Source of the DNA: the human T2T-CHM13v2.0 reference genome, Homo sapiens
DNA length: 64,000 bases
Reading direction: 5' to 3' (one strand)
Assembly (NCBI RefSeq): GCF_009914755.1
Contig: NC_060931.1
Part shown: one piece after another, positions 14,414-36,562 of the stretch
Layout: each line of letters begins with the position of its first letter
How positions within the stretch are numbered: position 1 is the stretch's first letter
Position numbers and translations under genes: made by a program
Notes under the pieces: generated by a model
What the model saw: the letters and a program-made list of their open reading frames with translations, nothing else
Databases searched by the model: none
What the model was told of the DNA's origin: nothing

Positions 14414-16119
14414 GACTCTTGCTATGCTTTAGAATTTTGACCCTGCCCTAGAGATCTGTGGAACTTTTAACTTGAGGGAGATAATCTAGGGTATCTGATG
14501 GAAGAAATTTCTAAGAAGCAAAGCATTTAAGGTGTGACCTGGGTGCTGTGCTCATCAAAGCACTCTGTTTTATGCGTTCACAAAGAGATGGTTTGGAATT
14601 GGAACATATGTTTAAAGAGGAAGCAGAGCATAAAGGGTTAGAAAATATGCAGCCTGATGATGTGATAGAAAAGAAAAACCCATTATCAGAGGAGAAATTC
14701 AAGCTGGCTGCAGAAATTTGCATAAGTAACGAGGAACCATATGTTATCCAAGATAATGGGGAAAATGCCTCTAGGGCATGTCAGAGGTCTTCATGTGACC
14801 CCTCCCAGCAAAGACCCAGATGCCTAGAAGAAAAAAATGGTTTCGTGGGCCAGGCCCAGGGCCCTGCTGCTTTGTGCAGTCTTGGGTATTGGTGCCCTAT
14901 GTGCCAGCTGTGGCTAAAAGGGGCCAACGTACAACTCAGGCTGTTGCTTCAGAGGGCACAATCCTCAAGCCTTGGTGACTTACATGTGGTGTTAGGCCTA
15001 TGGGTGCACAGAGGTCAAGATTTGAGGTTTGAAAACCTCCACCTAAATTTCAGAGGATGTATGGAAATTCCTGGATGCCCAGAAAGAAGTTTGCTGTGGG
15101 AGTGGAACCCTCATGGAGAACTTCTGCTACAGCAGTGTGAAAGGGAAATGTGGGGTCAGAGCCCCCACACACAGTCCTCACTAGGGCACGACCTAGTGGA
15201 GCTGTGAGAAGAGGGCAAATGTCCTCCAGATCTCAGAATGGTAGATTCACTGACAGTTTGCACTCTGCTTGCACCATGCACTTCGAAAAGCTGCAGACAC
15301 TCAATGTCAGCCCATAGAAGCAACCAGGATGGGGGATGTACCCTGAAAAGCCACAGGGGTGGAGTTGTCCAAGGCTGTGGGAACCCACCACTTGCATCAG
15401 TATAAACTGGATGTGAGACATGGAGTCAAAGCAGATCATTTCAAAGCTTTAACATTTGACTGCCTTGCTGGATTTAGGACTTGCATGGGCCTGTAGCCCC
15501 TTCATTTTGGCCAATTTCTCCCATTTAAAGAGGGTGTATTTACCCAATGCCTGTATCTCCATTGTATCTGGAAGTAACTAATTTGCTTTTGGTTTTACAG
15601 GCTCACAGGCAGAAGGGACTTGCCTTGTGTCAGGTGAGACTTTGGACTTGGACTTTGGGTTAATGCAGGAATGAATTAAGGCACTGGAGAATTGTTGGGA
15701 AGCCATGGTTGGTTTTGAAATATGAAAGGGGCATGAGATTAGGGAGGGTCCAGGGGCAGAATGATATGGTTAGGCTTTGTGTCTCCACCCAAATCTCATC
15801 TTGAATTGTAATTCCCACAATCCCCACATGTCAAGGGAGAGACCAGGTGGAGGTAATTGAATCATGGGGGTGGTTTCTCTTATTCTGTTCTTATAACAGT
15901 GAATGAGTTCTCACAAGATCTGATGGTTTTATAAGGCACTCTTCCCTCTTCTATTGGCACTTCTCTTTCCTGCCACCTTGAGAAGAAGGTGCCTCGCTTC
16001 CCCTTCACCTTCTGCTATGATTGTAAGTTTCCTGAGGTTTCCCCAGTCAGGCTGAGCTGTGAGTCAATTAAAATTTTTTCCTTTATAAACTACCCAGTCT
16101 CTGGGCAATTCTTCACAGC

Positions 16120-20489
<4,370 letters not shown>

Positions 20490-23400
20490 GAAAAAAGAAT
20501 TTTAAAAAATGAGCAAAGCCTCCAAGAAGTTTGGGATTGTGTTAAACAGCCAAACCAAAGAATAATTTGTTTTCCTGAGGAAGAAGAGAAATCTAAAAGT
20601 TTGGAAAAATAACTTGATGGAATAATTGAGGAAAATTTTCCTGGCCTTGCTAGAGATCTAGACATCCAAATATAAGAAACTCAAAGAACATCCAGGAAAT
20701 TTATCACAAAAATATCATTACCTAGGCACATAGTCATCCAGTTATCTAAAATCAAGATGAAGGGAAGAATCTGAAGAGCTGTGTGGCAAAAGCATCAAGT
20801 AACCCTTAAAGGAAAATCTATCAGATTAGCAGCAGATTCTCAGAAGAAACCCCACAATCCAGCAGGGATTAGGGTCTTATCTTTAGCCTCCTGAAACAAA
20901 ATAATTATTAGCCTGGAACTTTGTGTCCAGCTAAATGAAGATTCATAAATGAAGAAAAGATAAAGTATTTTTTAGGCAAACAAATGCTGAGAGAATTCAC
21001 CACCACCAAGCCAGCACTACAGGAGTTCTGAATCTTGAAACAAAACCTCAAAATACACCAAAATAGAACCTCCCTAAAGCATAAATCTCATAAGGCCTAT
21101 AAAACAATGAAAAGGAAAAAAAAATAAAAACAAAAACAAAAACAAATCCAAGGCATTCAGGCAACACCTAGCATGATGAAAAGAATAGTACCTCACATCT
21201 CAACACTAACATTGAATATAAATGGCCTAAATGCTCCACTTAAAAGATGAAGAATGGCAGATGAATAAAAATTCAACAACCAACTATTTGCTGTCTTCAA
21301 GAGACTCATCTAACACATAAGGACTCACATAAGATAAAGGGGTGGGAAAAGATACTCCATGAAAGTAGGAACCAAAAGCAAGCAGGAGTAGCTGTATTTA
21401 TATGCAGATAAAAATACTTTAAAGCAACAACAGTTACAAAACAGAGGGACATTACATAATTATAAAAACAATTAGTCCAACAGGAAAATATCATAATTAT
21501 ATATATATATATGCACCTAACACTGGAGCTCCCAAATTTATAAAACAATTAATACTAGACCTAAGAAATGAGACAGATGGCAACACAATAATAGTGGGGG
21601 AATTCGATACTCTACTTACAGCACTAGACAGTTCATCAAGACAGAAAGTCAACAAAGAAACAAAGGACTTAAATTATACCCTAGAACAAATGGATTTAAA
21701 AGATATTTACAGAACATTCTACCCAACAAATGCAGAAATTACATTCTTTTCATCAGCACATGGAACATTCTCAGATATAGACTTCATGATGGGCCACAAA
21801 ACAAGTATCAATAAATTTTTAAAAATCAAAAATATATCAAGTACTTCCTCAGATCACAATGGAATAAAACTGGAAATTAACTCCAAAAGGAACCCTCAGA
21901 ACTATACAAATACATGGAAATTAAATAACCTGCTCCTGAATAATCTTTGGGTCAACAATGAAATCAAGATGGAAATTTAAAAATTCTTTGTACTGAACAA
22001 TAATAGTAACACAACCTATCAAAACCTCTGGTATGCAGCAAAAAAAGTGCTAAGAGGGAAGTTCATAGCATTAAATGACTACATCAAAAAGTCTGAAAGA
22101 GCACAAGTAGACAATCTAAGGTCACATCTTAAAAAACTAGAGACATAAGAACAAACCAAACCCAAACCCAACAGAATAAAAGAAATAAAGATCAGAGCAG
22201 AACTAAATGAAATTGAAACAAACAAAAAAAGACAATTAAAACAAAAATCTGGTTTTCTAAAAGATAAGATCTATAGACCATTAGTGAGATTAACCTAGAA
22301 AAGCAGAGAGAAAATCCAAATAAGCTCAATTAGAAATGAAACGGGAGACAGTACAACTGCTACCACAAAAATATGACAGATTATTCAAGGCCACTATGAA
22401 CACCTTTACAAGCATAAACTAGAAATCCTAAAGGAGATGGATGAATTCCTGGAAATATACAACCTCCTAGCTTAAACCAGGAAGATATAGAGTCACTGAA
22501 CAGACCAGTAACAAGCAGCAAGATTAAAATGGTAATGGAAAAATTGTAAAAAAACAAAAAACAATCCAGAACCAAAGGGATTCATAGCTGAATTCTATCA
22601 GACATTCATTGTAGAGTTGGTACCAATCTTATTGACACTATTCCAAAAGATAAACAGTATATCTTTCTCTAAACCCCTAAATTGTTCTATAAAGCCAGTA
22701 TTACCCTAATACCAAAATAAAGGAAGGATATAACAACAACAACAACTAAAAAAAACTACAGACCAATATCCCTGATGAACATAGATGCAAAAAATACTCC
22801 ACAAAATGCTAGCTAACCAAATCCAACAGTATATCAAAAAGATCATACATCATGATCCAGTGAGTTTCATACCAGGGATGCAGGGATGGTTTAACATAGG
22901 CAAGTCAATAATTGTGATAAACCATGTAAACATAATTGAAAATAAAAATCACATGATCATCTCAATAGATGCAGAAACAGCTTTTGACAAAATTCCGCAC
23001 CCTTTATGACAAAAAAAATCTCAGCAAAATTGGCATAGAAGGGAAATACGTCAAAGTTATCAAAGCCATCTGTGACAAACCCACAACTATCATACTAAAC
23101 AGGCAAAAGTTGAAAGCATGTCCCCTGAGAACTGGAATAAGACAAGGATACCCACCTTCACCACTTCTATTCAACACAGTACTGGAAGTCTTAACCAAAG
23201 CAATCAGACTAGAGAAAGAAATAAAGGCATCCAAATCAGTAAAGAGGGGGCCAAACTGTCACTGTTTGCTGATGATATGATTGTACACCTAGAAAATCCT
23301 GAAGATTCATCCAAAAAGCTCCTAGAACTGGTAAGTTAATACAGCAATGTTTCAGAATACAAATTTGATGGACACAAATCAGTAGTTCTGCTATACACCA

Positions 23401-24840
23401 ACAGCAACCAAGCTGAAAATCAAATCAAGAACTCAACCCCTTTCACAACAGCTGCAAAAGAAAAAACCCCACACTTAGGAATATACTTAATGAAGGAGGT
23501 GAAAGACCTCTACAAGGAAAAGTACAAAACACTGCTGAAAGAAATCATAGACAACACAAACAAATGGAAACACATTCCATGCTAAGGAATGGGTAGAATC
23601 AATCTTGTGAAAATGACCCCACTGCCAAAAGCAATCTACAAATTCAATGGAATTCCCATCAAAATGCCATCATTCTTCACTGAACTAGAAAAAAAAAAAT
23701 CCTAAAATTCATATAAAACAAACAAACAAAAAAGAGTCCGCATAGCAAAAACAAGACTAAGTAAAAAGAACAACCCTGGAAGCATCACATTACCCAACTT
23801 CCAACTATACTACAAGGCTGTTGTTACCAAAACAGCATGGTACTGCTATAAATACAGGCACGTAGATCAATGGAACAGGATAGAGAACCCATAAATGAAG
23901 TCAAATACTTACAGCCAACTGATCTTAGACAAAGGAAACAAAAACCTCAAGTGGGGAAAAGACACCCTATTCAACAAATGGTGCTGGGATAATTGGCAAA
24001 CCATATGTAGAAGAATTAAACTGGATCCTCATCTCAAACTTTATACAAAAATCAACTCAACATGGACCAAAGACTCAAATCTAAGACCTAAAACCATAAA
24101 AATTCTAGAAGATAATATTGAAAAAAACCCTTGTAGACATTGGTTTAGGCAAAGAGTTCATGATCAAGAACCCCAAAACAAAGGCAACAAAAAAAAGCTA
24201 AATAGATGGGACTTAAACTAAAAAGCTTCTGCACACCAAGAAAAATAATCAGAAGAGTAAACGGACAACCCCCAGAGTGGGAGAAAATCTTCTCAAACTA
24301 TGCATCTGACAAAGGACTAATATTCAGAATCTACAAGAAACTCAAACAAATAAGCAGGAAAAAAATCTCACCAAAAAGTGGGCTAAGGACATGAATAAAC
24401 AATCTCAAAAGAAGATATGCAAATGGCCAAAAACATATGAAAAACATTCTACATCACTAATTATTAGGGAAATCCAAATAAAAACCACAATGTGTGATAC
24501 CATCTCACTCTTGCAAGAATCACCATAACTAAAAAATGAAAAAATAATAGATTTTGGCATGGATATGGCAAAAATGAGACACTTTTACACTGTTGGTGGG
24601 ACTATAAGCTAGTAAAACTACTATGGAAAACAGTATGAAGATTTCTTAAAGAAGTAAAAGTAGAACTACCATTTGATTCAGCAATCCCACCACTGGGTAT
24701 CTACCCAGAGGAAAAGAAGTCATTATAGGAAAAGACACTTGCACATGCACATTTATAGCAGCACAACTTGCAATTGAAAAAATATGGAACTAGCCTAAAT
24801 GCCCATCAATTGAGGGGATAAAGAAAATGTGGTATATACA
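20490..24840 (+). mobile_element. L1PB1-like LINE-1, ORF1 C-terminal part and ORF2
   Basis: ORF2 peptides in track (21594-21980; 22785-23339 with LFADDMIV; 23895-24394); starts mid-ORF1 at the L1PA8 TSD. Confidence 0.9.
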
Positions 24841-25858
24841 GGGAACATCCAAGATGGCCGAATAGGAAGAGCTCCAGTCTGCAGCTCCCAGCATGATTGA
24901 CGCAGAAGATGGGTGATGTCTGCATTTCCAACTGAGGTACCTGGTTCATCTCATTGGGACTGGTTGGACAGTGGGTGAAGCCCAAGGAGGGCAAGCTGAA
25001 GTAGGGAGGGGCGTCGCTTCACCTGGGAAGTGCAAGGGGTCGAGGGATTTCCCTTTCCTAGCCAAGGGAAGCTGTGACAGACTACCTGGAAAAATGGGAT
25101 ACTCCCTGCTCAAATACTGTGCTTTTCCAAAGGTCTCAGCAACCAGCAGACAAGGTGATTCTCTCCCATGCCTGGCTCGGTGGGTCCCATGCCCACAGAG
25201 CTTTGCTCACTGCTAAAGCAGCAGTCTGAGATCAATCTGCGAGGTGGCAGCCTGGCTGGAGAAGGGGCATCTGCCATTGTTGAGATTTGAGTAGGTAAAC
25301 AAAGCAGCCAGGGAAGCTCAAACTGGGTGGAGCCCACTGCAGCTCAACAAGGCCTACTACCTCTAGACTCCACCTCTGAGGGCAGGGCATAGCTGAACAA
25401 AAGGCAGCAGACAACTTCTGCAGGCTTAAACATCCCTGTCTGACGGCTCTGAAGAGAGAAGTGGTTCTCCCAGCATGACGTTTGAGCTCTGAGAACGAAG
25501 AGACTGCCTCCTCAAGTGGGTCCCTGACCCCCATGTAGCCTAACTGAGAGAACCCTCCCAGTAGTGGCCGACAGACACCTCATATAGGCAGCTACCCCTC
25601 CGGGACAAACTTCCAGAGGAAAGATCAGACAGCAATATTTGCTGTTCTGCAGCCTCCACTGGTGATACCCAGGCAAACAGGGTCTAGAGTGGAACTCCAG
25701 CAAAATCCAACAGACCTGCAGCCGAGGGACCTGACTGATAGAAGGAAAACTAACAAACGGAAAGAAATAGCATCAACATCAACAAAAAGGTCATCTACAC
25801 CAAAACCCCATCTGTAGGTCACCAACGTCTAAGACCAAAGGCAGATAAAACAACAAAG
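24841..25858 (+). promoter_or_regulatory. L1 5' UTR internal promoter region with YY1 motif
   Basis: CAAGATGGCCG at 24850-24860; complete 5' UTR up to the ORF1 ATG; activity unknown, CpGs largely decayed. Confidence 0.7.
25110..25277 (-). pseudogene. L1 ORF0 homologue, 55 aa
   Basis: MADAPSPARLPPRRLISDCCFSSEQSSVGMGPTEPG is collinear with L1HS ORF0; ATG at 25277. Confidence 0.7.
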
Positions 25859-26883
25859 ATGGGGAGAAACCAGAGCAGAAAAGCTGAAAATTCTAAAAAT
25901 CAGAGTGCCTCTTCTCCTCCAAAGGATCACAGCACCTCGCCAGCAATGGAACAAAGCTGGACAGAGAATGACTTTGATGAGCTGACAGAAGTAGGCTTCA
26001 GAATGTCAGTAATAACAAACTTCTCCAAGATAAAGGAGGATATTAAAACCCATCACAAGGAAGCTAAAAACCTTTAAAAAAAGATTAAATGAATGGCTAA
26101 CTAGAATAAACAGTGTAGAGAAGACCTTAAATGACCTGATGGAGCTGAAAACCACAGCACAAGAACTTCATGACGCATGCACAAGCTTCAGTAGCCGATT
26201 TGATCAAGTGGAAGAAGGTATCAGTGATTGAAGATCAAATTAATGAAATAAAACAAGAAGAGAAGTATAGAGAAAAAAGAGTAAAAAGAAATGAACAAAG
26301 CCTCCAAGAAATATGGGACTATGTGAAAAGACCAAATCTATGCTTGATTGGTGTACCTGAAAGTGATGGGGAGAATGGAACCAAGTTGGAAAACACTTTG
26401 CAGGATATTACCAAGGAGAACTTCCCCAACTTAGCAAGGCATGCCAACATTCAAATTCAGAAAATACAGAGAACACCACAAAGATACTCCTGGAGAAGAG
26501 CAACCTCAAGACACATAATTGTCAGATTCACCAAGGTTGAAATGAAGGAAAAAATGTTAAGGGCAGCCAGCAAGAAATGTCAAGTTACCCACAAAGGGAA
26601 GCCCATCAGACTAACAGCGGATCTCTTGGCAGAAACCCTACAAGCCAGAAGAGAGTGTGGCCCAATATTCAACATTCTTAAAGAAAAGAATTTTCAACCC
26701 AGAATTTCATATCCAGCCAAACTAAGCTTCATAAGTGAAGGAGAAATAAAATCCTGTACAGATAAGCAAAAGCTGAGAGATTTTGTCATCACCAGGCCTG
26801 CCTTACAAGAGCTCCTGAAGGAAGCACTAAACATGGAAAGAAACAACCGGTACCAACCACTGCAAAAACATGCCAAATTGTAA
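25859..26883 (+). pseudogene. L1 ORF1p, disrupted
   Basis: MGRNQSRKAENS start, stop at 26077, frameshift, then open C-terminal part ending YQPLQKHAKL. Confidence 0.92.
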
Positions 26884-26946
26884 AGACCATAGATGCTAGG
26901 AAGAAACTGCATCAATTAACGGGCAAAACAACCAGCGAATATCATA

Positions 26947-30774
<3,828 letters not shown>

Positions 30775-31001
30775 ACAATGAGATCGCTTGGACACAGGGC
30801 GTGGAATATCACACACTGGGGCCTGTCGGGGGGTGGGGGCTGGGGGAGGGATAGCATTAGGAGAAATACCTAATGTAAATGATGAGTAGATGGGTGCAGC
30901 AAACCAACATGGCACGTGTATACCTATGTATCAAACCTGCATGTTGTGCACATGTACCCTAGAACTTAAAGTATAATAATAAAAAAGGCAAAAAAAGGAA
31001 A

Positions 31002-31012
31002 AAAGAAAATGT

Positions 31013-31057
<45 letters not shown>

Positions 31058-31457
31058 ACACATACATACATACGTACCATGGAATACTACTCAGCCATAA
31101 AAAGTATTGAAACAATGGCATTCACAGCAACCCGGCTGGAGTAGGAGATAATTATTCCAAGTGAAGTAACTCAGGAATGGTAAACCAAACATCGTATGTT
31201 CTGACTTATAAGTGGGAGCTATGATACGAGGACGCAAAGGCATAAGAAGGATATAATGAGCTCTGGAGACTCGCAGGGAAGGGTGGGAGGTGGGTGAGGG
31301 AATAAAAGACTACATACTGGGTACAGTGTACACTGCTCATGTGGTGGGAGCACCAAAATCACCAAAATCTCAGAATTACCACTAAAGAACTTATCCATGT
31401 AACCAACTACCTGTTCCACCAAAACTATTGAAATAATAATAATAATATTAATAAAAA
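31002..31457 (+). mobile_element. L1PB1-like 3' end, continuing the element at 20490-24840
   Basis: Resumes after the L1PA6 TSD; L1PB-type 3' UTR (GAGGACGCAAAGGCATAAGAA...AAAACTATTGAAAT) and (AAT)n tail. Confidence 0.9.
31019..31055. repeat. (TG)n microsatellite, about 18 units
   Basis: Direct read. Confidence 0.97.
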
Positions 31458-31993
31458 CACTTGAGCTTTTGGGAAAGGGCAGATTGATAGTAACTAGCAT
31501 TGGTACTGCCCACTCATGATTAGTCCAAGAAGTGATCATTGCCCAGAAGAAAGAAACTGTCTACGAAGCATTTCTTTCCCCAGCCATGGTCACTTCTGGC
31601 AGTGCTGCTATATCACTTCTATTCATCTTTCCCCCAAAAAACCCCACATGCATTCCTGTGCCTTCTGTTTTTGTAGTACAAGTTCTCTTAACTAACCATG
31701 TTACTGCCTTACCAGGTAAACTATGGCTCTCTATCTCTTCTTTAACTGTTCTGATTGAAAACCATGGGATATGGAATTCTTGCAGCTAAGAAGCTACTGT
31801 TGTTTGTATGTAGGCTTTCACTCTCACTAATTGAGTTATTTTTACTCATTATTAGTTATTGCTTACCAAGAATTAGGTCTACTTAATCCTAAACTGTTCA
31901 TTCCAATTGTATTTATTGTTACTAGGTAATTCAATACAATATTATGCAAATTGATGAAATATAAAATAAAGCCTATTTCCACAACACACAGAA

Positions 31994-34900
31994 AATATAT
32001 GCACCCCATACTGGATCACCAAGATATATAAAGCAAATATCAGAACTAAAGAGACAGATAGACCCAGTACAAAAATAGCTGGAGACGTCAACACTCCATT
32101 TTATTCACTGGACAGATTAGGTTTAGACAGATAAAAAATCAACAAAGAAAGTCGGACATAATCTTCTGTATAGACCAAATGGGCCAAATAGATATTTACA
32201 GAACATTTCACACATTGCTTCAGAATACACATTCTTCTCCTCAGTACATGAATCATTCTAAAGGATAGACTATATGTTAGTTTATAAAACAAGGCTTAAA
32301 AAACTCAAAAAATTGAAATAATATCAAGTATCTTCTCTGAGTACTATGGAATAAAACTACAAATCAACAGGTAAAATAATTTTGGGAACTGTACAAACAC
32401 ATGGAAATTAAATAATATGCTTCTGAATGATCAGTGGGTCAATGACAAAGTTAATATGGAAATTCAAGAATTTCTTGAACCAAATGATAATTGAAATACA
32501 ACATACAAAATCTATGGGATACTGCAAAAGCTGTACCAAGAGGGAAATTTACAACTGTAAGCGCCTACATCAAAAAAGAGGAAAAAAATCTTCAAATAAA
32601 CAACCTAATGATGGATCTTAAAGAACTATAAAAGCAAGAGTGAACCAAACCCAAAATGACTAGAAGATGTTAGAAGAAATGATAGAAATCAGAGCAGAAA
32701 TAAACGAATTTGAAATGAAGAAAACAACACAAAAATCAATAAAAGAAAAAGTCGGCTTTTTGAAAAGATAAACAAAATTGACAAAATTTAGCCAGACTAA
32801 GATCAAAGGAGAGAACATCTAAATAAACAAAATTGGAGGTAAAAAAAAAGAAGCTTTACAACTGATACCACAGAAATTCAAAGGATTATTAGCAGCTACT
32901 ATGAGCAACTATCTGATAACTAATTGGAAAATCTAGAAGACATGGATAAACTCCTAGACACATAGAAACTGCCAAGATTGAACCAGAAAGAAATGTAAAA
33001 CTTGAACATGCCAATAGCAAGTAATGAAATTGAAGCCATAATAAAAAGTGTCCCATGAAAGAAAAGCCTGGGACCTGGTGGCATCACGACTGAATTTTAC
33101 CAAACATTTTTAGAAGCACTAATATTGATTGTATTCAAACTAGTCCAAATAATAGAAGAGGAGAGAACTCCTCCAGGCTCATTCTATGAGGCCAGTATTG
33201 TACTGATACTGACACCAGACAGACACATTAAAAAAAGAAAACTGCACTCCAATATCCCTGATAAACCTTGATGCAAAAATCCTCAACAAAACACTAGAAA
33301 ATGGAATGTAACAACATACTAAAAAGATCAATCATCATGACCAACTGGGATTTATCCCAGTAATGCAAGGATGGTTCAACATATGCAAATCAATTAATGT
33401 GATACATCATCTCAACAGAATGAAGGATAAAAACCATACGATCATTTCAATTAGTGCTCAAAAAGCATTTAATAAAATTCAACATCTCTTCATGATAAAA
33501 ATCCTCAACACACTTGATATGGAAGAAACACAATAAAATACAATACAATAAAAGTTATAAAAGCAGATCCACAGTTGGTATCATAATGAATAGGAAAACC
33601 TGAAAGGCTTTCCTCTAAGATCTAGAACAAGACAAGAATGCCCACTTTCTCCAGTGTTTTCTACATGGTACTGGAAGTCCCAGCTAAAGCATTAGACAAA
33701 AGAAATAAATAAAGGGCACCCACATTTGAAAGGAAGAAATCAAAATATTCTTGTTTGTAGATTATAGGATCTTTTATTTAAAAAACCTAAAGACTCAATG
33801 TAAAGACTATTAGAACTGATAAATTCAGTAAAGTTACAGGATACAAAATCAACACACAAAAATCTGTAGCATTTCTATATGCCAACAGTGAACAACCTGA
33901 AAAAGACATTTAAAAAGTAATCCCATCTACAATAACCACAAAGAAAATTAAACTCAAAGAGCTTTTAAGCTCTCTACAATGAAAACTATAAAACATTGAT
34001 GAAAAAAATTGAAAAGGTCCCCCCAAAATGGGAATATACTTCACGTTCATGGATTGAAAGAATCTATATTGTTAAAATGCCCATACTACCCAAAGCAATC
34101 TACAGATTCAATGCAGTTCCTACTAAAATAACAATGACACTCTTCACAGAAATAGAAAAAGAAAACCTAAAATTTACATGGAACCACAAAAGATGCAGAA
34201 TACCCAAAGCCAGACTGAGCAAAAAGAAGAAAACTGGAGGAATCACATTACCTGATTTCAAATTATGCTACAGAGCTATACTAACTAAAACAGCATGGCA
34301 ATGGCATAAAAATAGACACATAGATCAATGGAACAGAAAGGAGAACCCAGAAATAAATCCATACAGCTACAGTGAACTCATTTTTGACAAAGGTGCTAAG
34401 AACATACACTGGGGTAAGGACAGTCTCTTCAGTAAAAGGGTCTGGAAAAACTGATGATGCACATGCAGAAGAATGAGATTAGACCCTTATCTCATACCAC
34501 ATAAGAAAAATCTCAAAATGGATTAAAGAGTTAAGTTTAAGATTCAAAACTTATACTACTAGAATACAATATGGGGGGAAAGCTCTGTGACATTAGTCTA
34601 GGCAAATACGTTTTGATAGAAGCCCAAAAGCTTAGGGACCAAAAGCAAAAATGAACAAAGGAGATTACACAAAACTAAAAACTCTGCACAGCCAAAGAAA
34701 CCATCAACAGAGTGTAGAGACAACCTATAACATTAGAGAATATAATTGCAAACCATATATATGATAAGGGGCTAATATCCAAAATACATAAGGAACTCAA
34801 ACAACCCAATAGTAAGAAAATAAATAATTAAAAAATGGGCAATGGACCTCATTAGACATTTCTCAAAAATAAATACATCCAAATGGCCAACAGGCATATG

Positions 34901-35728
34901 CAACTATGCTCAACATCACTAAACACCAAGAAAATGCAAATTAAAACTACAATAAAATAGCATCACACAGCTGTTAGCATGGCTATAATAAAAAAGACAA
35001 GAATTTTATTATTAAAAAGATGAGAACAGGAATTAGTAAGGGTGTGAAGAAAAGGGAATCTTTATAAACTGTTGATGGGAAGGTAAATTAGCTTAAACAT
35101 TGTGGAAAAACAGTATGAAAGTTTCTCAAAAAATTAAAAATAGAACTAGTGTATGATCCAGCAATCTCTCTACTGAATATACATCCAAAGGAAATAAAAT
35201 CAGTATGTTGAGGAGGTGTCTGCATTCTCGTGTTCACTGCAGCACTATTCACAACAGCTAAGATATGGAAACAAGCTAAATGTTCATCGACAGATAATTA
35301 GACAAAGAAAATGTGGTACATACACACAGTAAAGTACTATTCAGCCTTTAAAAAGGAAATTCTGTCGTTTGCGACAATATGAAAGAACCTGAAGGACATT
35401 AGTTAAGCGTAGTAAGCCAGGCACAGAAAAAAATACTGCATGACCACTTTCATATGTCGACTGTACAAAAGTTGAGCTCATAGAAACAGAGGCTGGAGGT
35501 TGGGTGAATTAAGCAGATGCTGGTCAAAGGACACAAAATTTCACTTAGAATCAGTGAATCTCTTGAATAAGTTCAAGAGATTTATTGTACATCATGGTGA
35601 CTACATTGAATAATAATATACCGTATTCTTGAAAATTCCTAAGACAGTAGATTTTAAGTGCTCTTACCACAAAAATTTAAAAGTACATAAGGTAATATGT
35701 ATGTAAAATAGCTTCATTTAGCTATCCA
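31994..35728 (+). mobile_element. L1MA5/6-like LINE-1, 5' truncated (ORF2 and 3' UTR)
   Basis: ORF2 peptide 33996-34454 ([16 protein letters not shown]...[10 protein letters not shown]); L1MA-type 3' UTR at 35500-35728. Confidence 0.85.
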
Positions 35729-35729
35729 T

Positions 35730-36410
35730 ATAGCAGGGAAATCACTCTGAGAGAACCAGGCAACTTTCTCCACTCCAAGGTCTAGAATAATGGAGCAGAG
35801 ACTGTGCCCTGAGAAAATGGCAGTCAATTAGACAGGAAACTTTAAAGTTTCCCCCAAAGAACTAACTTTATTTGAAGTAGTGTGTGGAGAAGTTCAAGTA
35901 TTAAGAAACTGTAAAAAATGATGATGATTTGGTGGTACACAATTAGGAGAAGGCAGGTAGTGCCATGAAAGAGAAGTTTGATCACAAACCAACTAGTTTG
36001 TCAGAGAGAAACAGGGAGAGGGCTGGGCAGAGCCCACCTTGGGTCAAAATACCCACAAAGACTGGCAGCAACACCACCCCTGCAAAAGGGTCCAAATTTA
36101 ACTGGATGAGATATTGGAGAAAGTATGCCCCATGACATTGTCAAAAAATACAGCAATCAGCTGATAATATGTGGAGTCTAAAATCTGGGTGTGACACCAA
36201 CAGAGGCAGAGAAAGAGACAAAGAGAGGTCTGCTAAAACTACTACCATCCCAGGGTGACTGTGAACATGCCCAAAGCTACAACCTCTGAGGAGTCACCTC
36301 AGAGGCTTCACATTGTAGGGGAAATAGCCAAATAACTAAAAAAATAAACAAGCAAACAACAGTAAAGATAAGGTATAGACAGGGAAAAAAGAGATCCATA
36401 ACCAGAGTTT
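35730..36410 (+). mobile_element. Old L1M (L1M4/L1MD-like) 5' region fragment
   Basis: Motifs CATCCCAGGGTGACTGTGAACATGCCCAA and CAGAGGCTTCACATTGTAGGGGAAATAG recall L1M 5' sequences. Confidence 0.5.
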
Positions 36411-36479
36411 TACTTATTTGGTATTTTGAGAACCATTATTGTTCTCGGCATTAGTCTTTCTATCTAATCATTCTAATCT

Positions 36480-36562
36480 AATCAAATGAAAACATTTATT
36501 GAGTGTTTACTGTATGCCAGATAGTGTGTTAAATGCTAAGGATACAATAATAATAAACAAGA
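36480..36562 (-). mobile_element. L2 3' end fragment
   Basis: AAACATTTATTGAGTGTTTACTGTATGCCAG motif. Confidence 0.6.

Larger units (their letters stand above)
12886..16119 (+). mobile_element. THE1D-like ERVL-MaLR element (5' LTR 12886-13253; internal 13254-13525 and 14414-15761; 3' LTR 15762-~16119, truncated)
   Basis: Two direct LTR copies starting T(C/G)ATATGGTTAGGCTTTGTGTC; first ends CTAATACA, second lacks its last ~20 bp; typical THE1 internal sequence. Confidence 0.93.

Noticed and set aside
13939-14451. 170-aa hydrophobic ORF
   Set aside because: Antisense reading of A-rich L1 ORF1 running across a rearrangement junction; composition artefact.
14548-15207. 219-aa ORF
   Set aside because: Lies within THE1 internal sequence, starts at GTG and appears to change from the MaLR-like frame partway; no evidence of domestication.
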